Assembly: GCA_965238005.1 (NCBI GenBank)
Contig: OZ250165.1
Coordinates: forward strand, 2,016,001 to 2,080,000
DNA length: 64,000 bases
From: Longimicrobiales bacterium
GTDB lineage: Bacteria > Gemmatimonadota > Gemmatimonadetes > Longimicrobiales > Gaopeijiaceae
Reading direction: 5' to 3'
The position numbers and the translations under genes were made by a program. Shown here in pieces: positions 18,334 to 28,698 of the stretch (positions are counted from its first letter, which is position 1; every line of letters starts with the position of its first letter). Below the pieces are notes generated by a model. That model was not told the origin of the DNA. It saw only the letters and a list, made by a program, of their open reading frames with translations, and ran no database searches.

Positions 18334-19644
18334 ATGTCAACGCGACGCGAGTTCTTGGCCACAATGTCCGTACCAGCCGCCGTCGCCACCCGCGGATTCC
18401 CGGGCACTCCTACGATATTCCGGCCCTCGGCCCCCGAGATCCTGGAGTCGCTGTCCCACTACTCGGGCACCCCCAGAGAAGTGGCCCGGAACGAGGACTA
18501 TTGGTCCGAGGTGGCTCAAGCGTTCACGGTGGACCGCAGCCTGATCAACTTCAACAACGGGGGTGTGAGCCCCTCGCCCGCGTTCGTCCAGGAGGCCATG
18601 AAGCGTCACCTGGACTTCTCGAACCTGGCTCCGTCCTACACCATGTGGGACATCCTGGAGCCGAGGCAGGAGACGGTTCGCAAGAGGATGGCCCGTGAGT
18701 GGGGCGTGGAGGCCGAGGAGATCGCCATCACCAGAAACTCCTCGGAGAGCCTGCAGATCTGTCAGTTGGGGTACGACCTGAAACGGGGCGACGAGGTTCT
18801 GACCTCCACCCAGGACTACGGGCGCATGATCACGACCTTCAAGCAGCGCGAGCGGCGCGAAGGGATCGTGCTGAAGCAGTTCGACCTCCCGGTCCCGGCT
18901 GAGGACCCATCAGAGGTGGTGCGGCTGTTCGAGGAGGGAATCACCGAGAACACGCGCCTGATCCTCATGTGTCACATGATCAATCTCACGGGCCAGATCC
19001 TGCCCGTGAAGGACGTGGTCGCCATGGCCCGACGCCATGACATCACCGTCATCGTCGACGGCGCCCACGCCCTGGCACACTTCGACTTCAAGATCTCGGA
19101 CCTGGAGTGCGACAACTACTCCGCGAGTCTCCACAAGTGGCTGTTCGCGCCGCACGGCACGGGCCTTCTGTACGTTCGCCGGGAGGTCATTCCCGACATC
19201 TGGCCCCTCATGGCGGCCCGCGAGCGCATGGACGGCGACATCCGCAAGTTCGAGGAGATCGGCACGCACCCGGCGGCAAACCACCTCGCGATCGCCGAGG
19301 CCCTCACCTTCCATCAGGGAATCGGGTCGAAGCGGAAGACCGAGCGACTGGTCTACCTGAGGGATCGGTGGGCGAGGCGGCTCCTTGAGCACGACCGGAT
19401 TCGCGTACACACCAGCCTCGAGCCCGGCTTCGCGTGTGGCATCGGAAACGTGCAGATCGAAGGGGAGGACACGGTCGAGCTGAAGAACTGGTTGTGGAAC
19501 GAACAGCGGATCCTCACGGTTTCCATAAATCATGCACAGTTCCAGGGCCTGCGGATCTCACCGAGTGTCTACTCGACGCTGGAGGAGGTGGACCGCTTCA
19601 TCGAGGCCATGGAATACGTCATGAAGAAGGGACTCCCGGCCTGA
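18334..19644 (+). CDS. PLP-dependent class V aminotransferase (cysteine desulfurase/isopenicillin N epimerase/EgtE-like) with twin-arginine-like N-terminus
   Basis: ATG 18334 after GAGG; STRREFL; NNGGVSPSP, DGAH, SLHKWLFAPHGTG. Confidence 0.85.
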   Translation: MSTRREFLATMSVPAAVATRGFPGTPTIFRPSAPEILESLSHYSGTPREVARNEDYWSEVAQAFTVDRSLINFNNGGVSPSPAFVQEAMKRHLDFSNLAPSYTMWDILEPRQETVRKRMAREWGVEAEEIAITRNSSESLQICQLGYDLKRGDEVLTSTQDYGRMITTFKQRERREGIVLKQFDLPVPAEDPSEVVRLFEEGITENTRLILMCHMINLTGQILPVKDVVAMARRHDITVIVDGAHALAHFDFKISDLECDNYSASLHKWLFAPHGTGLLYVRREVIPDIWPLMAARERMDGDIRKFEEIGTHPAANHLAIAEALTFHQGIGSKRKTERLVYLRDRWARRLLEHDRIRVHTSLEPGFACGIGNVQIEGEDTVELKNWLWNEQRILTVSINHAQFQGLRISPSVYSTLEEVDRFIEAMEYVMKKGLPA

Positions 19645-19708
19645 GCGGCGTCGGAGGGCAACCCCGTAGTGCCCCGAGTCCTGATCCCGTAGAGATGCGC
19701 CTCTGAGC

Positions 19709-19927
19709 GTGCTCTCATCCGTGCTTTTCGCCCTGGTCCAGGCGGGAGCCACCTGGGTCGCAGGACCTCCCCTTCCCGAGCCGATGGCGAACAACGCCGT
19801 CGCCGGAGTCATGACTGCCGGGGGGCCTGCCGTGCTCTCATTCCTCGGCCTCGACCGAACCCGTGCATGGAGTGGGGTGGGATACACCGGGTCCGGGTGC
19901 CCGCGGAGGGTCTGGCCGATGGAATGA
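19709..19927 (+). pseudogene. Probable truncated N-terminal fragment of a secreted (kelch-like) protein
   Basis: Signal-like start and WVAGPPLPEPMANNAV, then degenerates after ~57 aa. Confidence 0.35.
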
Positions 19928-19955
19928 GGAAAATCAGAGGCGAGGATTGATCATC

Positions 19956-21131
19956 ATGAAGCGGCGGCACCGACGGCTTCCCGACCGGCGTTCACTGCTC
20001 TTCGATGCGCCGCGGTGGGCCACGGTGCTCCTCGCAGCGATCCTGTTGGCGGTGGGTCAGTCCGAGCTCAGTGCCCAATCGAGCTGGGACGAGAGCATCG
20101 AGGCCTTCTCAGCCGCCCTCGCCCGGGACGTCGAGACGGACGGGATCGGGAGTATTACGGCCGCCGTCTTCGTGGGCGACGAGGTGACCTGGTCCCGGAG
20201 CTTTGGCGTCACCGACCGGAATACGCGCCGGCCCGCCGGCCCGAGGAGCATCTATCGGACGGGATCGATCTCCAAGTCCGTCACGGCCGTGCTCATGATG
20301 CTATTGGTCCAGGACGGAGTCCTGGCGTTGGATGATCTTGTTGCCGGAGTTCTGCCCGAGGTGGAGGAGCTGACGGATGCCAAGCCCGGACAAGCCCCTC
20401 TGACCTTCCGTCATCTGGCCAGTCATACCGGAGGCCTGATTCGGGAGCCGGAGGTGGAGGGCGCAGCCTCCGGACCCATAAGAGGTTGGGAATCAAAGAT
20501 CCTCGAGTCGACTCCGGCGACCCGGTATCAGACCGCGCCCGGCGAGGCGTACTCGTACTCGAACATCGGTTACGGCATCCTCGGCCTCGCTTTGTCGCGG
20601 GCCGCGAGACGGCCGTTCATGGAGCTCGTGGAGGAGCGCATCTTCGAGCCCCTCGGGATGTCCTCGTCCACCTTCGTGGTGGGCAGCTCCCTTCGGCGTC
20701 GCCTGGCGGCCGGCTACCTGAACCGGAACGGCGAGATCGATGCGGATTTCCCGGCTCGGGAGCACGCCGGCCGGGGGTACAAGGTCCCCAACGGGGGCGT
20801 GTACTCCACGGTGGGCGATCTGGCTCGCTTCGCCGCCGGCGTGACCGGAGCCCTGGAGCTGCTCAACCAGGATACGCGGGCCGCCATGCTCTCGATCCAG
20901 ACCCCTGAGAGCGAGGTCCAGGGATACGGGCTGGGCTTCAGCATTCGCCGAGACGGCGACGGGACCTGGTGGGCCAGCCACGGAGGCTCGGTGGCCGGGT
21001 ACAACGCGCATCTGCTGTTCCAGCCGGAATCCCAGCTCGGCGTGGTGCTCCTGAGGAACTACAACCGGGGCGAGACGAACCTGGGTCAGGCGGCCCTGGA
21101 CTTGGCCCGCAACCTCCACTCGGGCCTATAG
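19956..21131 (+). CDS. Serine hydrolase, beta-lactamase class C / PBP family
   Basis: GSISK (SxxK), LASHTGG, YSYSN, HGG; signal peptide. Confidence 0.9.
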   Translation: MKRRHRRLPDRRSLLFDAPRWATVLLAAILLAVGQSELSAQSSWDESIEAFSAALARDVETDGIGSITAAVFVGDEVTWSRSFGVTDRNTRRPAGPRSIYRTGSISKSVTAVLMMLLVQDGVLALDDLVAGVLPEVEELTDAKPGQAPLTFRHLASHTGGLIREPEVEGAASGPIRGWESKILESTPATRYQTAPGEAYSYSNIGYGILGLALSRAARRPFMELVEERIFEPLGMSSSTFVVGSSLRRRLAAGYLNRNGEIDADFPAREHAGRGYKVPNGGVYSTVGDLARFAAGVTGALELLNQDTRAAMLSIQTPESEVQGYGLGFSIRRDGDGTWWASHGGSVAGYNAHLLFQPESQLGVVLLRNYNRGETNLGQAALDLARNLHSGL

Positions 21132-21133
21132 CG

Positions 21134-22015
21134 CTATCCCGGAAAGTCGAGCCCGAAGTCCAGGACCGGCGCCGAGTGGGTGATCCATCCACTCGAGATG
21201 TAGTCGACGCCGGTTTCCGCGATGTCCCGGACGGTGTCGACGGTCACGTGCCCCGATGCCTCCAGCCGCGCCCGACCATCGACCTTCTCGACGGCTTCTC
21301 GGAGCACGGATGGAGCCATGTTATCCAGCAGGATCACCGCCGCTCCGCCCGCAAGGGCTTCATCGAGCTGGGCGAGGGTGTCGACCTCTATCTCGATGGG
21401 CGTGAGAGGACCGGCCGATGCCTGGGCGGCCGCCAGGGCCTCAGCTACTCCACCAGCCACCGCGATGTGGTTGTCCTTGATCAGGATCGCCCCATCGAGC
21501 CCGAGTCGATGATTCACACCGCCACCGGCGCGCACCGCGTATTTCTCTAGCGCTCGTAGCCCGGGCGTGGTCTTCCGGGTGCAGCAGATCCTCGCCCTCG
21601 TGCTCTCGACGGCCTGGACCAGCCCCCTCGTGGCCGTGGCGACCCCCGACAGGTGGCCCAGAAAGTTCAAGGCCGTGCGCTCCGCGGTCAAGATCGACCG
21701 GGATGCGCCTTCCACCACGGCCACCACGTCCCCTCGTCCCACGGTGGACCCGTCGCTCGCACAAAAGCGGACCGTGAGCCCCGAGTCGACGAGTGTGAAA
21801 GCCAGGGTCGCCGCCTGGGCGCCCGCCAAAACCCCCGTGTCCCTCGCGACGATCTCTGCCTTCATCAGGGCCTTGGGGGCGACCACGGAGCGTGTGGTGA
21901 CGTCCCCGGCCAGACCGAGGTCTTCCTCGAGGGCGTGGCGTACGGTGGCCTCGACCAGGATCTCAGGGAGCGATGAAATGTCGCGCTCGGCCTCTGACTC
22001 GGCCTGAGAGGACAT
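21134..22015 (-). CDS. nadC: Quinolinate phosphoribosyltransferase (start ATG 22015)
   Basis: ALEEDLG.GDVT, ERTALN, TRKTTPG, HRLGL, LIKDNH, EIEVD, LLDNM, EASG. Confidence 0.95.
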   Translation of the reverse strand: MSSQAESEAERDISSLPEILVEATVRHALEEDLGLAGDVTTRSVVAPKALMKAEIVARDTGVLAGAQAATLAFTLVDSGLTVRFCASDGSTVGRGDVVAVVEGASRSILTAERTALNFLGHLSGVATATRGLVQAVESTRARICCTRKTTPGLRALEKYAVRAGGGVNHRLGLDGAILIKDNHIAVAGGVAEALAAAQASAGPLTPIEIEVDTLAQLDEALAGGAAVILLDNMAPSVLREAVEKVDGRARLEASGHVTVDTVRDIAETGVDYISSGWITHSAPVLDFGLDFPG

Positions 22016-22020
22016 GGAGG

Positions 22021-23100
22021 TCAGGCCGGCACGCTCACTGCCGAATCGACGGTCTCCCGGTCCTCGACCACCACTTCGGGAGGCACGCCACCCGAGAAGC
22101 CTCTTCCCGTCGTCTGGAGATCGACCATGCGCTGCACCGACTTCCGTGCACGGATCGCCATCTCTTCCGGGATGGTGACCTCGTAGCGCATCAGCTGGAG
22201 GCTCTCGAGGATGTTCTGCAGGGTGATCTGCTTCATGTGGGGGCAGAGATTGCAGGGCTGAATGAACTCCACATCCGGCGTCTCCGCCGCCACGTTGTCG
22301 CTCATGGAGCACTCGGTGACCATCATGACCCGAGGGGGTCGGCGCTCCTTCACGTAGCGGATCATTCCCGCCGTGGACCCCGCGTAGTCCACCTCAGCGA
22401 TCAGGTCCGGCGAGCACTCGGGATGGGCAAGTACCACGAGGTCGGGTGTGTTCTCGCGGTACTGCCGGATCTCCTCGGCCGTGAAGCGCTCGTGGACCTC
22501 ACAGCGTCCCTGCCACGCGATCACCTCGACGTCGGTCTGAGCCGCCACGTTCTTGGTGAGATACTCGTCAGGCAGGAGGATCACCCGATCCACGCCCAGA
22601 GATTCGACGATCTCGACCGCGTTCGATGAGGTGCAGCAGATGTCCGCTTCCGCCTTCACGTCGGCCGACGTGTTCACGTAGGTCACGACCGGCACGCCCG
22701 GATACTTCTCCTTGAGAAGCCGCACGTCCTGACCCGTCACCGATGCCGCCAGCGAGCACCCGGCTTCGAGGCTGGGGATCAGCACCGTCTTGTCGGGCGA
22801 CAGAAGCTTCGAGGTCTCCGCCATGAAGTGGACGCCGGCTTGGACGATGATCTCCGCGTCCGTGTCCCGCGCCTGAATGGAGAGCTGCAGCGAGTCCCCG
22901 ACGAAGTCGGCCACGCAGTGATAGATATCCGGTGTCTGGTAGTTATGAGCCAGAATGACGGCGTTCTCGGCCTTCTTGAGCTCGTTGATGGCGTGAATGT
23001 GCGGCGCCACCACTGGCCACTCGACGGGTGGAATGAACTCCTTCACCCGCTCCAGGAGAGGAGTTGTCGCACGTGCGACCTCGGGCGTGTATTCGAGCAT
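22021..23100 (-). CDS. nadA: Quinolinate synthase A
   Basis: [43 protein letters not shown]. Confidence 0.96.
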   Translation of the reverse strand: MLEYTPEVARATTPLLERVKEFIPPVEWPVVAPHIHAINELKKAENAVILAHNYQTPDIYHCVADFVGDSLQLSIQARDTDAEIIVQAGVHFMAETSKLLSPDKTVLIPSLEAGCSLAASVTGQDVRLLKEKYPGVPVVTYVNTSADVKAEADICCTSSNAVEIVESLGVDRVILLPDEYLTKNVAAQTDVEVIAWQGRCEVHERFTAEEIRQYRENTPDLVVLAHPECSPDLIAEVDYAGSTAGMIRYVKERRPPRVMMVTECSMSDNVAAETPDVEFIQPCNLCPHMKQITLQNILESLQLMRYEVTIPEEMAIRARKSVQRMVDLQTTGRGFSGGVPPEVVVEDRETVDSAVSVPA

Positions 23101-23278
23101 CTGTCTCTACGTGGCAGAGCGGTCCGATCGTTCGAATCCCACCGACCGTTCTGGCTGTGAATCGAGTCCCTGCAACCCTCGAGGGTTTTGCAGCGAACAG
23201 TAGATGTAGGTCGTACAAAATACCCGTGTACAGGGTCCGTGCTCAAGAGTACGTAAGTATCGGGGTTCCCAGACCTCT

Positions 23279-24157
23279 TCACTCGTTCGCGGGTGGCGCC
23301 GCCCCGCCACCGTTACCTCCGTCGCCGGCGATGCTGATCTCGTAGGAGCCCTCGTAGCGGACAAACAGGCGTCGAAAGAAGTCGACCGCCTCTCCTGGGG
23401 GCAAGGTGAGGGCTTCTTCCACGTCGCTGTTCCAAGGGAACCGCTTCTTTCTATCGGGTCGGTTCAGGTAACCGGTCTCGTACGCTTCTCCGGGTGTCAG
23501 CCCCGGCGCGTCCGTCCGGTCCGCATCCACCAGGAAGGCGTTGTTGTACTCGAGATGCACCAGTGAGTACCCGTGCCGATCCGCCAACTCGCCCAGCGTG
23601 ACGATGCTCTGACCATAGAAATGACTCTGGTCCCACCTGTGCTCGGGATGGAAACCGACCGAGAACGCCAAGGGCGGCGGGATCTTCTCGTTGATCTCGG
23701 CAACGACGATGGTGGGGCGAAAGCGCTCCAGCAGGCTCGCCAGAACGTGATGGTCGTAGGAGTCGATATCCAGGCTCAACACCCCGAAGTCTCGCGGGAC
23801 TCCATGGCCCTCCAGGAGGGCGGCCACATTGAGGGGCGTCACACGAGCGCCTGACACCGAGACCCATTCCTGGCCGGCGAAATTCGCGGCCAGGACGGCG
23901 AGAGTGGGGGGATCACACTCGAAGAAGACGCCGCGCCAGCCTCCCAGGGCCAGTCTGGCGGTGTTCGAGTCCTTTGCCCCGTCCCCGGCCCCGACGTCCA
24001 CGAAGTAGGGCTCGATCTCAAGGCCCCGGATCAGATCCTGGATGACCGCCTCCTCGCCCTGCCGGGACAATCCGGTCCGGCCGAGGCCACTCGGCCTTCT
24101 GTGCAGGCGAAGACCGAGGGGTGCGAGGAGCCTGTTGATCAGTGAGCCGAGGGTCAT
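23279..24157 (-). CDS. FkbM-like SAM-dependent methyltransferase-fold protein
   Basis: FVDVGAGDG, SN, LSLDIDSYD, NAFLV; likely start ATG 24157. Confidence 0.65.
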   Translation of the reverse strand: MTLGSLINRLLAPLGLRLHRRPSGLGRTGLSRQGEEAVIQDLIRGLEIEPYFVDVGAGDGAKDSNTARLALGGWRGVFFECDPPTLAVLAANFAGQEWVSVSGARVTPLNVAALLEGHGVPRDFGVLSLDIDSYDHHVLASLLERFRPTIVVAEINEKIPPPLAFSVGFHPEHRWDQSHFYGQSIVTLGELADRHGYSLVHLEYNNAFLVDADRTDAPGLTPGEAYETGYLNRPDRKKRFPWNSDVEEALTLPPGEAVDFFRRLFVRYEGSYEISIAGDGGNGGGAAPPANE

Positions 24158-24230
24158 GGATCCTTTTCTCGCCTCACGCACGCCGAGGGCAGATTTCCGG
24201 GTGTCGTCCAGACGCTCAAAGCCACAGGGC

Positions 24231-25214
24231 CTAGGAGTGTCCCTGCACGCCCTGAGGTCGATAGGGCGCCTCGAGCCGCTCGATCTCTGCCGACTCCAGC
24301 TGCAGCCCGACAGCCCGCACGGCCGCATCAAGGTGGGAGAGCTTCGTCGCGCCCACGATGGGAGCGGCGACGGCAGGCTTCGAGAGGAGCCAGGCGAGGG
24401 ATACCTCGGCCGCGGATACCCCCCGCTCCTCGGCCACCGATCGTACCGCCGTCACGATATCCCAGCCCGAAGGGTCTTTGTAGAGGTCCTGGGCATACGT
24501 ATCGGCCGCGGCACGGGGCGTCGACTGGCGGTCGTCCAAGGAGGTCCGCGTCCCCGCCAGAATCCCCCGGGCCAGGGGGGACCACGGGATCACGCCGATC
24601 CCCTCCGCCTCACAAAGCGGAATCATCTCCCGCTCCTCTTCGCGGTAGATCAGGTTGTAGTGGTTCTGCATCGAGACGAAGCGGGCCCATCCATTCCTCT
24701 CTGAGACGCCGAGAGCCCGGGCGAGCTGCCACGCCCACCCGGAGCTGGCGCCGATGTAGCGCACCTTTCCCGACTGGACCAGGTGGTCGAGGGCCGCCAA
24801 TGTCTCCTCGATGGGCGTCTCCGGGTCGAAACGGTGGATCTGGTACAGGTCGATGGCCTCCACTCCCAGCCGTCCCAGGCTCGCCTCACACGCCTCGACG
24901 ATGTGCTTGCGCGACAGCCCCCCGAGATTCGGGCCCCCTCCCATGGGGAAGAAGACCTTCGTCGCGATCACGAGCTCGCCCCGGGTGCCGTACTCTCGAA
25001 GTGCCCTCCCCGTCACCTCCTCACTCACTCCCAACGAGTACATGTCGGCGGTGTCGAAGTAGTTGATCCCTGACTCGATGGCCCGTCGGAAGAACGGCCG
25101 GGCCTCGTCCTCGTCGAGAACCCACGGGCGCCACTCCGAGGTGCCGTAGCTCATGCACCCAAGGCAGAGGCGGGAGACCTCGAGGCCGGTGGAGCCAAGT
25201 GTAGTGTATTCCAG
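24231..25214 (-). CDS. Aldo/keto reductase; conserved N-terminus begins at CTG 25214
   Basis: (L)EYTTLGSTGLEVSRLCLGCMSYG, FDTADMY, IATK, DLYQIHRFD, GKVRYIG, WSPLARG. Confidence 0.9.
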   Translation of the reverse strand: MEYTTLGSTGLEVSRLCLGCMSYGTSEWRPWVLDEDEARPFFRRAIESGINYFDTADMYSLGVSEEVTGRALREYGTRGELVIATKVFFPMGGGPNLGGLSRKHIVEACEASLGRLGVEAIDLYQIHRFDPETPIEETLAALDHLVQSGKVRYIGASSGWAWQLARALGVSERNGWARFVSMQNHYNLIYREEEREMIPLCEAEGIGVIPWSPLARGILAGTRTSLDDRQSTPRAAADTYAQDLYKDPSGWDIVTAVRSVAEERGVSAAEVSLAWLLSKPAVAAPIVGATKLSHLDAAVRAVGLQLESAEIERLEAPYRPQGVQGHS

Positions 25215-25250
25215 GTCGGTGTCGCTCCAGGCGCCTGCTGAAGGCCGAAC

Positions 25251-25511
25251 TCAGTCCTCCGCCGTCTCCATTACGGCAATACTCAGGCCCTCGGCTACAA
25301 GGACCTGCTTTAGTGCCCACGCCCACGTAAATCCCGCACGCCGCAGGGGGATCAGACCCAAAGCGAACCCGAAGACAAATCCGAGAAGTACAGCCAGCAT
25401 GAGAGTCGCGAGGGATGATAGTCCCAGTGCGACCCCGATGACAACTCCCACGACCTCTCCAAGGCCGCAGCCCACCAGGCAATGTGCGGTCGCACTCGTG
25501 GCTAGTCTCAC
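25251..25511 (-). pseudogene. Truncated DUF4396-like membrane protein
   Basis: ATAHCLVGCGLGE...SIAVME followed by an early stop; only 86 aa. Confidence 0.55.
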
Positions 25512-25695
25512 CCGCCCTTGGACGGGATCCGGGCGTGCTGCTGCGCGGTTTCACCACTCCGGCCAGATCGTGCGACAAGAGACTGTCGGAGCGACGGACT
25601 GCGCGACATGTTGGATCCGAAGGAGGTGAGCGGTGGTCCGTGAGCCGGAGCCGGGTGTGGGGATTTGAGAAGTCTCACTTGCGAGCAGGCAGACT

Positions 25696-26121
25696 ATGAA
25701 GAAGAACTGGAAACTCCGGGGAAGCGGATTCAAGCACACCCTACCAGCCGTGTTGCCGTAGTATGCCGTCTGGGTCTTGGTGGTGGTGCTGACGGCGCCG
25801 GTCATCACCGTCGCCATGATGCTAGGCGATGTTGTGCCGGAATCGTCGCACAATGACATCTGGTTCTTCCTTCTTACCCGAGTGCCCGTAGTCGCGTTGG
25901 CGGCCGTGGGGCTCGCGATCTTCACGACCAACCGAGTGGCGGGGCCGTTGATACACCTGAGACGGGCCTTCGAGGCTGTCGAGCGCGGCAACATGGATCG
26001 CCGTCTACGATTCCGACGGAGCGATAAGCACTTACGGGAACTCGAGGCGGCCTTTAACGAGATGATGTTGGCGCTGCGCGAGCGGACCGATTCCCCCAGA
26101 GGCCTGGAAGCTGAGGAGTGA
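25696..26121 (+). pseudogene. 2-TM + HAMP domain protein interrupted by in-frame TAG (25759-25761)
   Basis: ATG 25696 is in frame with the 25777 ORF; RVAGPL...RRSD...ELEAAFNEM HAMP signature. Confidence 0.65.
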
Positions 26122-26130
26122 CCATCGGCG

Positions 26131-26379
26131 AACATCCACGTCATCCTCGATAACTACGCCACGCACAAACATCCCAAGGTGCAACAGTGGCTCCACCGTC
26201 ATCGGCGCGTCCATTTCCATTTCACGCCCACCTCCGCGTCCTGGCTCAATCTTGTCGAACGGCTCTTCAGCGAACTCACCGAGCGACAACTGCGGCGCCT
26301 CGCCGTCACCAGTGTCGACGAGTTGACCCAAGCCATCACCGACTACATCGAGTGTCGCAACGAAAACCCCAAACCATTC
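26131..26379 (+). mobile_element. IS630-family transposase C-terminal fragment (pseudogene)
   Basis: IHVILDNYATHKHPKV..WL..H.RVHFHFTPTSASWLNLVERLF...NENPKPF. Confidence 0.9.
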
Positions 26380-26840
26380 AGCCCCCCGATACCGAAAGCA
26401 ACCCGAAGACGCTCAGAGCGCGTGTTAGGGCTGTTATCTGCCCTTCTACTTGCGCCTACCGGCCCGTTCTCGGATGTTGACCGGGTCTGATCCTAGGCGC
26501 TGCTCGACGGGGAGGGTTCCGTGAAGAAGAAGGCTGTCTCCCACACGGAGGACGTGACCATGCGTAAAGCAGTTCATCTGGGGATGCTCTTCCTGGCCTA
26601 TGGTACGCCACCACGCGCGCAGGAGGCGGTCCCAATCCGGATCGATGATCGGGTGCGTTTCCGGACGACCCAAGGAATCGATCACGAGGGCTGGGTGCGC
26701 GGCCTGACTGCCGGAGCCATCGAAGCGGCGTCCGAGCTGTCGCTGTTACCAAATCTCCCTGCCGTCCGGGGGCCTCATCCCCAGGGCCAGGGAGGGGGTG
26801 CACCAACACAGCAGTTGGCACCGCAACTGGAAGCAAGTCA

Positions 26841-27203
26841 ATGAGACGTTCCGTGTTGCCGCGTGTTGCGGCTGTAGTGTTTGCGCTAGGACTGTTCTCC
26901 TGTGGAGATGGAGAGGACACAACAGAGCCTGAGATTTTGGAGGTGGCGAGCGTGGAGGTAAGCCCGTCGAGCGACACGATAATGGTGGGCCAGACGGTAC
27001 AGCTGCTCGCGATTGTGAAGGGTGCGGCGGGCGGCATTCTGACCCGAACGATCACCTGGTCATCAAGCGACGGCTCGGTAGCTACAGTGAGCGGGACAGG
27101 TCTGGTCACGGGCGTGGGGGTGGGCAGTGCGACGATCACGGCAACGAGCGAGGGGGAGTCTGGGACGGCGTCGGTGATGGTCGTCATAACTGCCGCGCGG
27201 TAG
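26841..27203 (+). CDS. Small lipoprotein with a single Ig-like (Big_2) domain
   Basis: Lipobox LFSC; VASVEVSP..VGQTVQL..TWSSSD.SVATVS.TGLVTGV..GSATITAT. Confidence 0.8.
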   Translation: MRRSVLPRVAAVVFALGLFSCGDGEDTTEPEILEVASVEVSPSSDTIMVGQTVQLLAIVKGAAGGILTRTITWSSSDGSVATVSGTGLVTGVGVGSATITATSEGESGTASVMVVITAAR

Positions 27204-27533
27204 GCGTCTGGGTCACACGCTGCGCCCGCCGGTCGGCATCTTGGACTGCGCAGCATCTATAAGGCGAAGAAAGTCAACAGGGCGAAGCCCTCCCTTACCC
27301 GTCCGCCCCGAAACGGGTTGGAGAGTCGATGTGGGAAGTGGTCTGCTCTGGTAACTGATGGAATCTGGACATTCTTGGTGTAATCGCGTGCTCAGCGTAC
27401 AAGCCCCACCACCTACCCATAACACCCCTCGCCTTCGACTCGGCCACTGTTCGGGTGTTCGGTACCGTTTGGGGGGTAAGGGGAAAACGCAGAGAGTTGC
27501 CCAATATAGCGATGAGCCCCAACTCTTTTTTGC

Positions 27534-27818
27534 ATGTCCTCCGACGAATCCTACCTGCCTGACTTCTTTACTTCTGATCAGCTGGAGTGGTATCGCAGCC
27601 TGAGCGAGCGATTATCCTCTGTGGAATGGGCCTATCGGCTCCGATTCCCGATCCTCTCCAGGGATGAGATCAAGCTGATCCGCGACGTACTCGCCAAGAG
27701 TTCGCATCCCACTCGACGCCCGAAGATCGCACGCGCCCTGCTTCGTTCTCGCCTCGCGCGCTCCGGCATCTCAATCTCCGACAACCGCCTCCGCGAGAAG
27801 ATCAAGGCGGCCTCCTAG
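27534..27818 (+). CDS. Hypothetical protein
   Basis: 94-aa ORF with plausible composition and no recognisable motif. Confidence 0.4.
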   Translation: MSSDESYLPDFFTSDQLEWYRSLSERLSSVEWAYRLRFPILSRDEIKLIRDVLAKSSHPTRRPKIARALLRSRLARSGISISDNRLREKIKAAS

Positions 27819-27996
27819 GCTAGTTTTTCGCACGAAGCTCGGGCCCGAAGATCGCGTGAAAAACACGCGAACATGACCTGAGTTCTACCGCAAGCCATCT
27901 CTCCTGGAATGAGCGTACCTCCTCCCGTATGCGAGGCCATGACCGGTGGGCATCCGCCCCGGCCCAAGCCGCGCAACTACAAAAGGAGGAACGATT

Positions 27997-28698
27997 ATGG
28001 ACGAGCAGCAGAAGTTGATTCAACAGACTCATCAGGCAGAAGCAGCAGGTGATTGGGAATTCGCAAATCGGCTTTGGGCCGAGGCGTTTGAGCGATACCC
28101 ACATGATCGAACGTTCATGGAAGCCCACGGCGACTACTTTGTCCGCCTAGTGAAGTGGGCTGAGGAATTCCGTATCAATGCGACAGCGGAGGCGGACGCA
28201 GTTGGCCCACCTCGCGTGGATCCACTACTCCATCCCGCCTACGAGCTTCGACGTGACATCGCTATGGCGCGTTTCACGGAACAACACATTGCCGATATGG
28301 ACTCGGGCGAAGTCCGGGATCAAATCGTGATGGTCCTGGCAGACAAGGAGGGGATCGAGTTCGTCGAGAATCCAGGACCGATCATTCAGACAGATGATGG
28401 GCCGCTAGTAGTAAACGTACGGTACGATTCGCCGCCGTCGCTGGAGGACGAGTGGCCCAGGCGAGATTTGGAGCGCTTTCATCCGGCGACCATCGTCGCG
28501 GTGTTACTGGAAGACGCATGCCAGGAACTCCATTTTGTGTGCTCTCGAATTCTCAACGGGATTGCCGACCTCGAGCACGTGCGTTCGTTACGCCGGCGTA
28601 AGGTGAGGGGGTACCGCCGTTACCGCAGGTGGGAACGAATTTCGCAACGGAGGGATAAAGAAACGCACCAACCCGCAAGAGCACGGAGTCGAGAATGA
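27997..28698 (+). CDS. Hypothetical protein
   Basis: Strong SD (AAGGAGG) before ATG 27997; ATGA overlap with the next gene. Confidence 0.65.
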   Translation: MDEQQKLIQQTHQAEAAGDWEFANRLWAEAFERYPHDRTFMEAHGDYFVRLVKWAEEFRINATAEADAVGPPRVDPLLHPAYELRRDIAMARFTEQHIADMDSGEVRDQIVMVLADKEGIEFVENPGPIIQTDDGPLVVNVRYDSPPSLEDEWPRRDLERFHPATIVAVLLEDACQELHFVCSRILNGIADLEHVRSLRRRKVRGYRRYRRWERISQRRDKETHQPARARSRE

